From positions 2,878 to 66,877 of the forward strand of contig JAFSPA010000010.1 in assembly GCA_017443145.1 (NCBI GenBank): DNA of 64,000 nt, in the 5' to 3' direction. Source of the stretch: Paludibacteraceae bacterium (GTDB lineage: Bacteria; Bacteroidota; Bacteroidia; Bacteroidales; Paludibacteraceae). A model generated the notes under the pieces. That model saw only the letters and a list, made by a program, of their open reading frames with translations, was not told where the DNA came from and did not search any database. Every line of letters starts with the position of its first letter. The stretch's first letter is position 1. This document shows, piece after piece, positions 56,693 through 64,000 of this stretch. The position numbers were made by a program, and so were the translations under genes.

Positions 56693-56724
56693 TTTGCATT
56701 TTGGCCGGTTTCGTCGTATCTTTG
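56693..56724 (+). promoter_or_regulatory. Promoter for the serine recombinase (TTTG-N20-TATCTTTG)
   Basis: TTTG at 56693-96 inside TTTTTATTTGCAT. TAtcTTTG at 56717-24, 13 nt before the ATG. Confidence 0.55.
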
Positions 56725-56737
56725 TGCAAAAAATGCT

Positions 56738-57343
56738 ATGGTTTATGGGTATATTCGTGTCTCGACCGATACGCAGACGGTGGAGAATCAGCGCTTTGAG
56801 ATTAATAAGTTCTGCGCGAAGAACGAAATCAAGGTTGACTGCTGGATTGAGGAAACAATATCCGGGACGAAGAACTACAAGACGCGGCAGTTGGGGCGGC
56901 TCTTGAAAAGGACGCAGAAAGGAGATATCATCGTCTGCTCAGAGTTGAGTCGTCTCGGGCGTAACTTGTTTATGATTATGGAGATACTCAATATCTGCAT
57001 GTCTCGTGGCTGCCGGCTTTGGACCATTAAAGATGGCTATCGTCTGGGTGACGATATCAACGCCAAAGTGCTGGCTTTTGCCTTTGGCTTGTCGGCTGAG
57101 ATAGAGCGCAATCTCATTAGTCAGCGCACCAAGGAGGCGTTGGCCCGTAAGCGCGCGGAAGGAGTGCGTCTCGGTCGTCCGGCTGGCGTAAAAACGCGAG
57201 TGGAGATGCTCAAACCGTATAAGTATCATCAACGGATTCTGCACTTGCGCGCTCAGGGATACTCGCTCTATTATATCGCGAACCGTCTGCACATGTCGCG
57301 CAACACATTGGGGAGATATATGCGCAGATTTGCGTCAAAATAA
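56738..57343 (+). CDS. Small serine recombinase (resolvase/invertase family, possibly Mpi-like)
   Basis: MVYGYIRVSTDTQTVENQ with the catalytic Ser, SELSRLGRN, ERNLISQRTKEALARKRAEGVRLGRP, and a C-terminal HTH. The ORF-track N-terminal extension was rejected. Confidence 0.85.
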   Translation: MVYGYIRVSTDTQTVENQRFEINKFCAKNEIKVDCWIEETISGTKNYKTRQLGRLLKRTQKGDIIVCSELSRLGRNLFMIMEILNICMSRGCRLWTIKDGYRLGDDINAKVLAFAFGLSAEIERNLISQRTKEALARKRAEGVRLGRPAGVKTRVEMLKPYKYHQRILHLRAQGYSLYYIANRLHMSRNTLGRYMRRFASK

Positions 57344-57362
57344 AAAAAAATAAAAAAAGTTT

Positions 57363-57402
57363 CACAATATATTGTGCATGTCAAAAAAAAGTTGTACTTT
57401 TG
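57363..57402 (+). promoter_or_regulatory. Promoter for the EF-G paralog, with 14-bp palindrome CACAATATATTGTG and -7 TACTTTTG
   Basis: Palindrome at 57363-76, an A8 tract, and TActTTTG at 57395-402. Confidence 0.55.
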
Positions 57403-57470
57403 CAGCGAATTTGGAGGATGTGGGTTAATTCGATTAAAAAGCACATAAAATTACACAAAAATACAAATAA

Positions 57471-59633
57471 ATGGCAAAAGTTTATCAAGCTAATGAAATT
57501 AAGAACATTGCCTTAATGGGTGGCAGTGGTTCAGGTAAGACTACCTTGATGGAGTCTATGCTCTTTGAGAGCGGAGTGATTAAACGTCGCGGTACGGTGG
57601 AAGCACAATCGACCGTCTGCGACTATTTCCCAGTAGAGAAAGAGTACGGATATTCTGTATTCTCGACAGTTTGTAACATCGAGTTTGGCGGTAAGAAGCT
57701 GAACATCATCGACTGCCCGGGTTCGGACGACTTCAGCGGTGGTGCAGTAACAGCATTGCACGTTGTGGACACAGCAGCTATCGTGCTGACAGCAAATGGC
57801 GGCGTGGAAGTTGGTACACAGAACAGCTATCGTTTGGCAGAGAACGCCAAGAAACCGGTTGCTTTCATCGTTAACAAATGCGATCACGAGAACGCCAACT
57901 TCGAGCGTACGTTCGAGGCTCTGAAAGAGAACTTCGGCAACAAGGTTTGCTTGGTGCAATATCCTGTTAACGCAGGTGGCGGTTTCAACTCCGTTATCGA
58001 CGTGCTGAAAGGTAAAATGCTCGTATGGAAAGCCGAAGGTGGCGCTCCTGAGCTAAAAGATATTCCTGCATCTGAGGCAGGTAAAGTAGAAGAGCTGCTT
58101 GGCGCATTGCATGAGATGGCAGCCGAAGCTGACGAAGCTCTGATGGAGAAATTCTTCGAAGAAGGCACTCTGAGCGAAGAGGAGACTATCCGTGGTCTGA
58201 AAGTCGTATTTGCTGAAGCAGGCGTTTATCCTGTACTCTGCGCTTGCGGCGTGAAAGATATGGGTTGCCGTCGTCTGATGGAGTTCCTCGGCGATATGGC
58301 TCCAAGCGTAGCTGAAGCTCCAAAACCAAAGACCAAAGACGGTAAAGAAGTTGCTCCTGACGCAAAAGCTCCGACATCGATGTTCATCTTCAAGACCAGC
58401 GTTGAGCCGCATATCGGTGAGGTGAACTACTTCAAGGTAATGCAAGGAACAGTTCACGGCGCAGACGACCTGCAGAATATGGACCGTGGCAGCAAAGAGC
58501 GTATTTCTCAGCTCTACAGCGTTGCAGGTTCGATCCGCGTCCCTGTTGACGAAGTAGCTGCCGGCGATATCGCTGCAACCGTTAAACTCAAAGATACCCG
58601 CACAGGTAATACCCTCAACGCCAAAGAGTGCGACAACCAATATCCGGCAATCCAATATCCGGAACCGAAATATCGTCGCGCTATCCGTCCTGTTAACGAG
58701 GCTGACGCAGAGAAACTGAGTGCATTGCTGACCCGTATGCACGAGGAAGATCCGACTTGGATTATCGAGCAAAGTAAAGAGTTGAAACAGACTATCGTTA
58801 GCGGTCAAGGTGAGTTCCACCTCCGCACACTCAAATGGCGTCTGGAGAACAACGATAAGATGATGGTTGAATACGACGAGCCGAAGATCCCATATCGTGA
58901 GACTATCACTAAGTCCGCTCGCGCAGACTATCGTCACAAGAAACAGTCCGGTGGTTCGGGTCAGTTCGGTGAAGTGCACCTCATCGTTGAACCGTACGAG
59001 GAAGGCGTGCCTGTTAAGGAAGTCTATAAGTTCGGTAACCAAGAATATCGTATCTCCGTTAAGGATACCCAAGAGATTCCATTGGAGTGGGGTGGTAAGC
59101 TCGTACTCATCAACTCTATCGTCGGTGGTGCTATTGATGCACGCTTTATCCCGGCTATCCTGAAGGGTATCATGGACCGTATCGAGCAAGGCCCGCTGAC
59201 CGGTTCTTACGCTCGTGACGTGCGCGTCATCATCTACGATGGTAAGATGCACCCGGTTGACAGTAACGAAATATCCTTCCGTCTGGCAGGTCGTAACGCG
59301 TTTGCTGAGGCCTTCCGTAACGCAAACCCGAAAGTGCTTGAGCCTATTTATGAGGTAGAGGTACTCGTTCCGGGTGAGATGATGGGTGACGTAATGTCTG
59401 ATATCAACGGCCGTCGTGGTATGGTGCTTGGTATGGAAGCCGAGAAGAACTTCCAACGCCTGAAAGCCCTCGTTCCGCTGAAAGAGATGTCTTCGTACAG
59501 CACCACGCTGTCCAGCTTGACCGGTGGCCGCGCTACGTTCACGATGAAGTTCAAGAGCTACGAACTCGTACCGGGTGACGTACAAGACAAACTCATCAAA
59601 GAGTACGCTGCACAACAAGCAGAAGAGGATTAA
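57471..59633 (+). CDS. Elongation factor G paralog (EF-G2-like GTPase)
   Basis: G1 GGSGSGKTT, G3 DCPG, G4 NKCD, then EF-G domains II-V (e.g. SGGSGQFGEV, GRRGMVLGME). Confidence 0.8.
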   Translation: MAKVYQANEIKNIALMGGSGSGKTTLMESMLFESGVIKRRGTVEAQSTVCDYFPVEKEYGYSVFSTVCNIEFGGKKLNIIDCPGSDDFSGGAVTALHVVDTAAIVLTANGGVEVGTQNSYRLAENAKKPVAFIVNKCDHENANFERTFEALKENFGNKVCLVQYPVNAGGGFNSVIDVLKGKMLVWKAEGGAPELKDIPASEAGKVEELLGALHEMAAEADEALMEKFFEEGTLSEEETIRGLKVVFAEAGVYPVLCACGVKDMGCRRLMEFLGDMAPSVAEAPKPKTKDGKEVAPDAKAPTSMFIFKTSVEPHIGEVNYFKVMQGTVHGADDLQNMDRGSKERISQLYSVAGSIRVPVDEVAAGDIAATVKLKDTRTGNTLNAKECDNQYPAIQYPEPKYRRAIRPVNEADAEKLSALLTRMHEEDPTWIIEQSKELKQTIVSGQGEFHLRTLKWRLENNDKMMVEYDEPKIPYRETITKSARADYRHKKQSGGSGQFGEVHLIVEPYEEGVPVKEVYKFGNQEYRISVKDTQEIPLEWGGKLVLINSIVGGAIDARFIPAILKGIMDRIEQGPLTGSYARDVRVIIYDGKMHPVDSNEISFRLAGRNAFAEAFRNANPKVLEPIYEVEVLVPGEMMGDVMSDINGRRGMVLGMEAEKNFQRLKALVPLKEMSSYSTTLSSLTGGRATFTMKFKSYELVPGDVQDKLIKEYAAQQAEED

Positions 59634-60280
59634 TGTATATCGCGATTGCAGGCAATATTGGTGCAGGCAAAACAACGCTAACCAAGATGTTAGCCAAGTA
59701 TTACGGTTGGGAGCCACGCTTCGAGAGCGTGAGCTTCAACCCTTACTTGGAAGACTATTACTCCAACATCAAGCGTTGGTCTTTCTGCCTGGAGACGTAC
59801 TTCCTCAAGGAGCGTTTCAAGGACCTGTTGGCCGTTCTACAATCGCAACATACAATCGTTCAAGACCGCAGTATCTTCGAGGGTGTGTACGTGTTCGTTA
59901 CGAATAACTACGCCCGCGGAGACTTGTCGGAACGCGATTACGAGACGTATATGGAGCTGTTCGGCCACATGAAACGTCTGATGCGGCTGCCGGACTTGAT
60001 GATTTACCTTCGTAAGTCCGTCCCGACACTAATTGCGCAGATACAGAAACGCGGTCGTGACTACGAACAGACTATGCAGCTCGATTATCTCAAGGACCTC
60101 AACGAACGCTACGAGGACTTTATCTTCAATAAGTACGAAGGACGCGTGCTCGTCATCGATTCGGATAATATGGACTTTGAGAATAACCCTGCCGACTTCC
60201 GCACTATCATCAATAAAATTGATGCGGAGCTCTTCGGCCTCTTCTCAGAAGAGAACTGGCAGACTGAGACGAAAAAATAA
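59633..60280 (+). CDS. Deoxynucleoside kinase
   Basis: IAIAGNIGAGKTTL P-loop, FESV..NPYL, DRSIFE. TAATG overlap with the EF-G stop. Confidence 0.85.
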   Translation: MYIAIAGNIGAGKTTLTKMLAKYYGWEPRFESVSFNPYLEDYYSNIKRWSFCLETYFLKERFKDLLAVLQSQHTIVQDRSIFEGVYVFVTNNYARGDLSERDYETYMELFGHMKRLMRLPDLMIYLRKSVPTLIAQIQKRGRDYEQTMQLDYLKDLNERYEDFIFNKYEGRVLVIDSDNMDFENNPADFRTIINKIDAELFGLFSEENWQTETKK

Positions 60281-60430
60281 ACATTGTTAAATAATTAAAA
60301 CCCTCCCGGAACTAGGAGGAGTTCTCTCCCCTCGGGATGTAAAACGTAGTTTTGCAGACCGAAGAGCGAGAACACGGCGGAGCGCTTAACAAGGGTTTAC
60401 CCGTAGTCGCGCAAGCCGTAGTTCGCGCGA

Positions 60431-61081
60431 ATGCATATAGCGATAGCTGGAAATATCGGCTGCGGAAAGACGACGCTGACGAATATGTTAGCCAAACATT
60501 ATGGTTGGACACCGCGCTTTGAGAGTGTGGACTTCAACCCCTATCTGGCTGATTTCTACGAGGATATGGCTCGGTGGTCGTTTAACCTGCAGATTTACTT
60601 CCTTAACAAACGTTTCAAGGACGTCGTGGATATATCCAAGTCGGACGAGTACATCATTCAGGATCGTACTATCTACGAGGACGCACGTATCTTTGCTCCC
60701 AACTTGCACGAGCAGGGATTTATGTCGGACCGCGACTTCGATAACTACTGCGACCTGTTTGACTTGATGATGTCGCTTGTTAAGATGCCGGATTTGATGA
60801 TTTACGTGCGTTGCTCGATTCCGACGCTGGTGGCACAGATTCAGAAACGCGGCCGCTCGTACGAGGCTTCGATGCGTATCGACTACCTGCAAGGCCTGAA
60901 CGACAAGTATGAGAAGTGGATCAGCGACTATAAGGGCAAACTGCTCATCATCGACGGCGACCATATTAAGTTCGGCGATAACCCCGAGGACTTCCAATGG
61001 GTAACCGACCGTATCGACGCCGAGCTGTTCGGCCTCTTCCCGTTCGAAGCGGCTGAAGGAGTGGGGAAAGAGATTAAGTAG
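60431..61081 (+). CDS. Deoxynucleoside kinase (tandem paralog)
   Basis: IAIAGNIGCGKTTL, DRTIYED. Same length and layout as the upstream copy. Confidence 0.85.
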   Translation: MHIAIAGNIGCGKTTLTNMLAKHYGWTPRFESVDFNPYLADFYEDMARWSFNLQIYFLNKRFKDVVDISKSDEYIIQDRTIYEDARIFAPNLHEQGFMSDRDFDNYCDLFDLMMSLVKMPDLMIYVRCSIPTLVAQIQKRGRSYEASMRIDYLQGLNDKYEKWISDYKGKLLIIDGDHIKFGDNPEDFQWVTDRIDAELFGLFPFEAAEGVGKEIK

Positions 61082-61111
61082 TCAAAAATCAATAGTCGAA
61101 AGCGTTGCGTG

Positions 61112-62020
61112 ATGGTAATACAAAAGTTCTTGGATTATATTGCCATTGAGCGGAAATACTCGAACCGTACGGTGGAGGCTTACCGCGATGACTTGAATGC
61201 CTTCTGCGCGTACCTCAATCTCGATCCGAACGCTTATGACCCGAAAATAGTGGACGAATCGGATATACGTGGCTGGCTGATTGAGTTATTGGACGAAGGT
61301 CACTCGCCACGAAGTATCAAGCGCTACCTGAGTAGCCTGAGGTCTTTTTACAAGTTTATGCTGCGAGTGGGTGCCATTGATAAGGACATCACCCGTAAGA
61401 TTATCGCTCCTAAAGAGGACAAACCCTTACCGGTCTTCTTCCGCGAATCGGAGATGCAACAAGCTACGGCCTACGAGTCGCAAGCCGACGACTTCGAGAG
61501 TAAGCGTAATTGCCTGATAATAGAGATGCTCTACCAGACAGGAATGCGTCAAGCTGAGATGCTGGGTTTGACGGATAACGACATCGACCTTACGCAAGGG
61601 CAGATTCGTATCTTCGGTAAACGCCGCAAAGAGCGTATCGTACCGATTGGCGAAGCGCTGATTAACCAGATAAAGGACTACCTTGCCGCCCGGCAGGAAC
61701 TCGGCAGCGTCTCGAACTTCTTCGTCCGCGTCAAACGTAACGGCGAAGTGGTATCGATGGATAAAGGCACCTTGTATAAGATAGTGCGCACGCGTATGCG
61801 CGAGGTGTCCACACTCAAGAAAGTGAGTCCACACGTCCTGCGGCACACGTTCGCAACTACAATGCTCAATAACGGCGCGGATATACGTACAATACAGACC
61901 TTAATGGGACACGCTTCCCTTGCAGCTACACAAGTCTATACCCACACCACTTTCGAGCAAGTGCGCAAAGCCTATAATCAGGCACACCCAAGAGCAAAAA
62001 AACAGAAAACTGAATACTGA
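61112..62020 (+). CDS. xerD: Tyrosine recombinase, XerC/XerD-like
   Basis: N-terminal SAM-like domain, ...YQTGMRQAEM (Arg), HVLRHTFAT, LMGHASLAATQVYTH (catalytic Tyr). Confidence 0.8.
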   Translation: MVIQKFLDYIAIERKYSNRTVEAYRDDLNAFCAYLNLDPNAYDPKIVDESDIRGWLIELLDEGHSPRSIKRYLSSLRSFYKFMLRVGAIDKDITRKIIAPKEDKPLPVFFRESEMQQATAYESQADDFESKRNCLIIEMLYQTGMRQAEMLGLTDNDIDLTQGQIRIFGKRRKERIVPIGEALINQIKDYLAARQELGSVSNFFVRVKRNGEVVSMDKGTLYKIVRTRMREVSTLKKVSPHVLRHTFATTMLNNGADIRTIQTLMGHASLAATQVYTHTTFEQVRKAYNQAHPRAKKQKTEY

Positions 62021-62039
62021 TAACTAAAATATTAAAACC

Positions 62040-62330
62040 ATGAAACTGACAGTTAAAGCCATTAACTTCGAGATGGCGGAGCGCCTCGAGAAGTACATCG
62101 AGAAAAAAACAAAGCGTTACGAGAAGATTTTGAATAACGCTGGTGCAGAAATGGAGATTCGTATGTCGGTGGTTAAACCCGAAACGAACCTCAATAAAGA
62201 GACGAAGGTGCGCGTGATGGGCAACGGCCCGGAGATGTTCGCAGAAAAGATTTGCGACACGTTCGAAGAGGGCATCGATCTCTGCTTGGAGATCATCGAC
62301 CGCCAAGTGGAGAAACTCAAAAACAAATAA
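62040..62330 (+). CDS. hpf: Ribosome hibernation factor (short HPF/RaiA)
   Basis: 96 aa. MKLTVKAINFEM..RLEKYIEKK is S30AE/sigma-54 modulation protein-like. Confidence 0.75.
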   Translation: MKLTVKAINFEMAERLEKYIEKKTKRYEKILNNAGAEMEIRMSVVKPETNLNKETKVRVMGNGPEMFAEKICDTFEEGIDLCLEIIDRQVEKLKNK

Positions 62331-62336
62331 AAAAAA

Positions 62337-62360
62337 TAAGCCTCGAGACATCTCGGGGCT
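62337..62360. terminator. Bidirectional terminator hairpin
   Basis: A 10-bp stem, AAGCCTCGAG-ACAT-CTCGGGGCTT, preceded by A8 (a U-tract for the minus-strand gene) and followed by ATTCTTTGTT. Confidence 0.75.
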
Positions 62361-62387
62361 TATTCTTTGTTGCATTTGCAAGACGAA

Positions 62388-62705
62388 TTACTCGTTGTTC
62401 TTTTCTGTGCAAGCTTTTTCGTCAGAAGCACTTACAGCTTTCCAAGAATAGGTGGCAGAGAAACCGATTAATTTTGCAGCCTCAAGCTCAGCTTTAGCTT
62501 CAGCGGCAATAGTGTACTCGTTTGCCCACTCGTAAACAGTACCGGAGAAATTCTTGGTTTTAGAGGTTACTTCCCAGCAAGAAGGAGCATCTTGAGGATT
62601 GTACTTGGTCAAATCAATAGAATCAGGGTCGTTTGCACTCTTGGAGCAAGAAATGCTGGCAAATGCCATTGCGATGCAAGTTAATGCGATAGCAATCTTT
62701 TTCAT
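62388..62705 (-). CDS. Small lipoprotein, hypothetical
   Basis: Lipobox FASISCSKS. 105 aa, with its own strong promoter and terminator. Confidence 0.6.
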   Translation of the reverse strand: MKKIAIALTCIAMAFASISCSKSANDPDSIDLTKYNPQDAPSCWEVTSKTKNFSGTVYEWANEYTIAAEAKAELEAAKLIGFSATYSWKAVSASDEKACTEKNNE

Positions 62706-62764
62706 ACTAATACTTTTTAAACGTTTAAATTATTAATTTTAGGCTTTCGTACCGAAAAACCGCG

Positions 62765-62797
62765 CAAAAGTACTGCTTTTTTTTGATGTGGGCAACT
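62765..62797 (-). promoter_or_regulatory. Promoter of the small lipoprotein gene (TTG-N20-TACTTTTG on the minus strand)
   Basis: The plus strand reads CAAAAGTA at 62765-72. It is part of a perfect 22-bp inverted repeat with the rplS promoter. Confidence 0.55.
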
Positions 62798-62842
62798 ATT
62801 TTGGCATAAAAATAGAAAAAAATGCGTTTTTTTGCAATTAAA

Positions 62843-62874
62843 TTTGTGTAGTTGAAAAAAAAGCAGTACTTTTG
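62843..62874 (+). promoter_or_regulatory. Promoter of rplS (TTTG-N20-TACTTTTG)
   Basis: TTTG at 62843-46, an A8 tract, and TACTTTTG at 62867-74. This leaves a leader of about 100 nt. Confidence 0.6.
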
Positions 62875-62977
62875 CGGCCGATTTGCGTCTAGAGTCTCTG
62901 GCGATTAAGGTAGCCGTAGCAAAAAGGCGAATAGTAGTGTATACTGTAGAACGCGTAACTAATAAAGATCTATCGAA

Positions 62978-63331
62978 ATGGATTTGATGAAGATTGCCGA
63001 AGAGGCATTTGCAGGAGAGAAGAAAGAGTTCCCTGCTTTCGCAGCTGGTGACCAGATCACCGTTGCTTATCGTATTAAAGAAGGTAACAAAGAGCGTATT
63101 CAGGAGTTCCGTGGCGACGTTATCGCTATTCACGGAAGCCAAGACAAGAAACGTTTCACCGTTCGTAAAATGTCCGGTAACGTTGGTGTAGAGCGTATCT
63201 TCCCGATGGACAGCCCGTTTATTGAGAAAATTACCATCAATAAGTATGGTAAAGTACGCCGCGCTAAATTGTACTACCTGCGTGACCTCACCGGTAAGAA
63301 AGCTCGCATTCAAGAACGTCGAGTTAAGTAA
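62978..63331 (+). CDS. rplS: 50S ribosomal protein L19
   Basis: [33 protein letters not shown]...[17 protein letters not shown]. Confidence 0.95.
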   Translation: MDLMKIAEEAFAGEKKEFPAFAAGDQITVAYRIKEGNKERIQEFRGDVIAIHGSQDKKRFTVRKMSGNVGVERIFPMDSPFIEKITINKYGKVRRAKLYYLRDLTGKKARIQERRVK

Positions 63332-63338
63332 GAAAGAA

Positions 63339-63359
63339 GCGGCAAAATGCCGCTTTTTT
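63339..63359 (+). terminator. Rho-independent terminator after rplS
   Basis: GCGGC-AAAAT-GCCGC followed by TTTTTT. Confidence 0.8.
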
Positions 63360-63367
63360 GTTTAGTA

Positions 63368-64000
63368 ATGTATCAATTAGTAAGTCCATATCAACCGACA
63401 GGTGACCAACCCGAAGCCATCAAAGCTTTGGTGGAAGGCGTGCGCACAGGTGCTCATGCACAAACCTTGTTGGGCGTGACAGGTAGCGGTAAGACGTTTA
63501 CTGTGGCAAACGTGATTGCCCAACTCAACCGACCGACACTGATACTTTCCCACAACAAGACCCTCGCGGCACAGTTGTACTCCGAGATGAAGGCTTTCTT
63601 CCCGAAGAACGCCGTAGAGTATTTCGTATCCTATTACGACTACTACCAGCCGGAAGCGTATATCCCTTCAACGGACACGTATATTGAGAAGGACTTATCT
63701 ATCAACGAAGAGATAGACCGACTTCGTCTAAGCGCAACTGCAGCCTTGCTCTCAGGCCGGAAGGACGTAATAGTCGTCTCGTCGGTTAGCTGCCTTTACG
63801 GTATCGGTTCGCCGCAGGACTTCTCGCAGAACTGCATATCCATACGCAAAGGCGATACACTTCCTTTGGACGAATTTCTCAAACAGTTAGTTAGTGCACA
63901 ATATATCCGTAACGACTTGGACTTAGCTCGTGGACGTTTTCGCGTCAAGGGCGACACCGTGGATATCGCGCTTGCGTACGCGGACTATGTGGTGCGTGTG
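63368..64000 (+). CDS. uvrB: Excinuclease ABC subunit B (N-terminal part, runs off window end)
   Basis: My own translation gives [24 protein letters not shown]...[15 protein letters not shown]...[16 protein letters not shown]. There is no stop before 64000. Confidence 0.9.
   Translation, partial: MYQLVSPYQPTGDQPEAIKALVEGVRTGAHAQTLLGVTGSGKTFTVANVIAQLNRPTLILSHNKTLAAQLYSEMKAFFPKNAVEYFVSYYDYYQPEAYIPSTDTYIEKDLSINEEIDRLRLSATAALLSGRKDVIVVSSVSCLYGIGSPQDFSQNCISIRKGDTLPLDEFLKQLVSAQYIRNDLDLARGRFRVKGDTVDIALAYADYVVRV

Noticed and set aside
56149-57916. A 9-bp inverted repeat, CGAACGTAC (56149-56157) and GTACGTTCG (57908-57916), bracketing the recombinase gene. It resembles the Mpi core ARACGTWCGT.
   Set aside because: Only 9 bp match, and the right arm lies inside the conserved EF-G coding sequence, so inversion would destroy that gene. 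A chance match is plausible in 64 kb. It is kept only as a motif to search genome-wide.
57471-59633. The EF-G-like gene as a Tet(Q)/Tet(M) ribosomal protection determinant.
   Set aside because: The N-terminal sequence and length (720 aa) do not resemble Tet(Q)/Tet(M) as I recall them (about 640-660 aa, ILAHIDAGKT). There is no mobile context apart from the neighbouring small recombinase.
58053-59717. A 554-aa ORF antisense to the EF-G paralog. Similar long antisense ORFs occur at 35826-37043, 33117-34184, 5749-6822, 3901-4785, 7253-8041, 8048-8797 and 42295-43152.
   Set aside because: These are shadow ORFs opposite well-supported genes. Their translations are His/Arg/Val-rich with no recognisable motifs. 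They are consistent with sense-strand avoidance of TTA, CTA and TCA codons rather than real genes.
60281-60430. Known riboswitch or SRP/6S-type RNA in the spacer between the two kinase genes.
   Set aside because: By eye there is no match to the purine/2'-dG, ZTP, preQ1, glycine or SRP consensus cores that I can recall. It is reported only as an unclassified structured leader candidate.
61112-62020. The tyrosine recombinase as the integrase of a mobile element.
   Set aside because: It has XerC/XerD-type length and motifs and is flanked by housekeeping genes (kinases, hpf, rplS). There are no att-like repeats or cargo, so a chromosome-dimer resolution role is more likely.

Overview
Gene-dense 64-kb chromosomal segment, roughly 50% GC by eye, that looks Bacteroidota (Bacteroidales/Prevotellaceae-like). 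Support: a SusC/SusD pair, several Bacteroidota-typical DUF families, and repeated TTG-N20-TAnnTTTG promoter cores in front of most transcription units. Most content is housekeeping. This includes uvrA, partial uvrB, recQ, rimO, HU, dxr, rseP, rlmN, holA, rplS, hpf, xerD-like, class I fumarase, rfbC/rfbD, an EF-G paralog, two deoxynucleoside kinases and an ABC-F ATPase. There is also one enzyme-less Sus-like PUL (MFS-SusC-SusD-SusE/F-like-Big2 lipoprotein), a small glycosyltransferase operon beside a BspA-type LRR protein, and a tRNA-Arg(CCT). No CRISPR array, rRNA, prophage or canonical IS element was seen. The least ordinary part is non-coding. A 720-bp gap (56018-56737) upstream of a small resolvase/invertase-type serine recombinase holds four near-identical 46-bp hairpin-switch repeats, followed by 16-bp and 11-bp tandem arrays. 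A homologous 11-bp-array-plus-promoter module sits next to a tRNA with an att-like duplicated T-arm and a low-GC gene at about 14 kb. Short stuttering tandem repeats (7-16 bp units, often each variant exactly doubled) recur at many gene ends and even in-frame inside two CDSs. All family assignments come from motif recognition by eye; no database search was possible.
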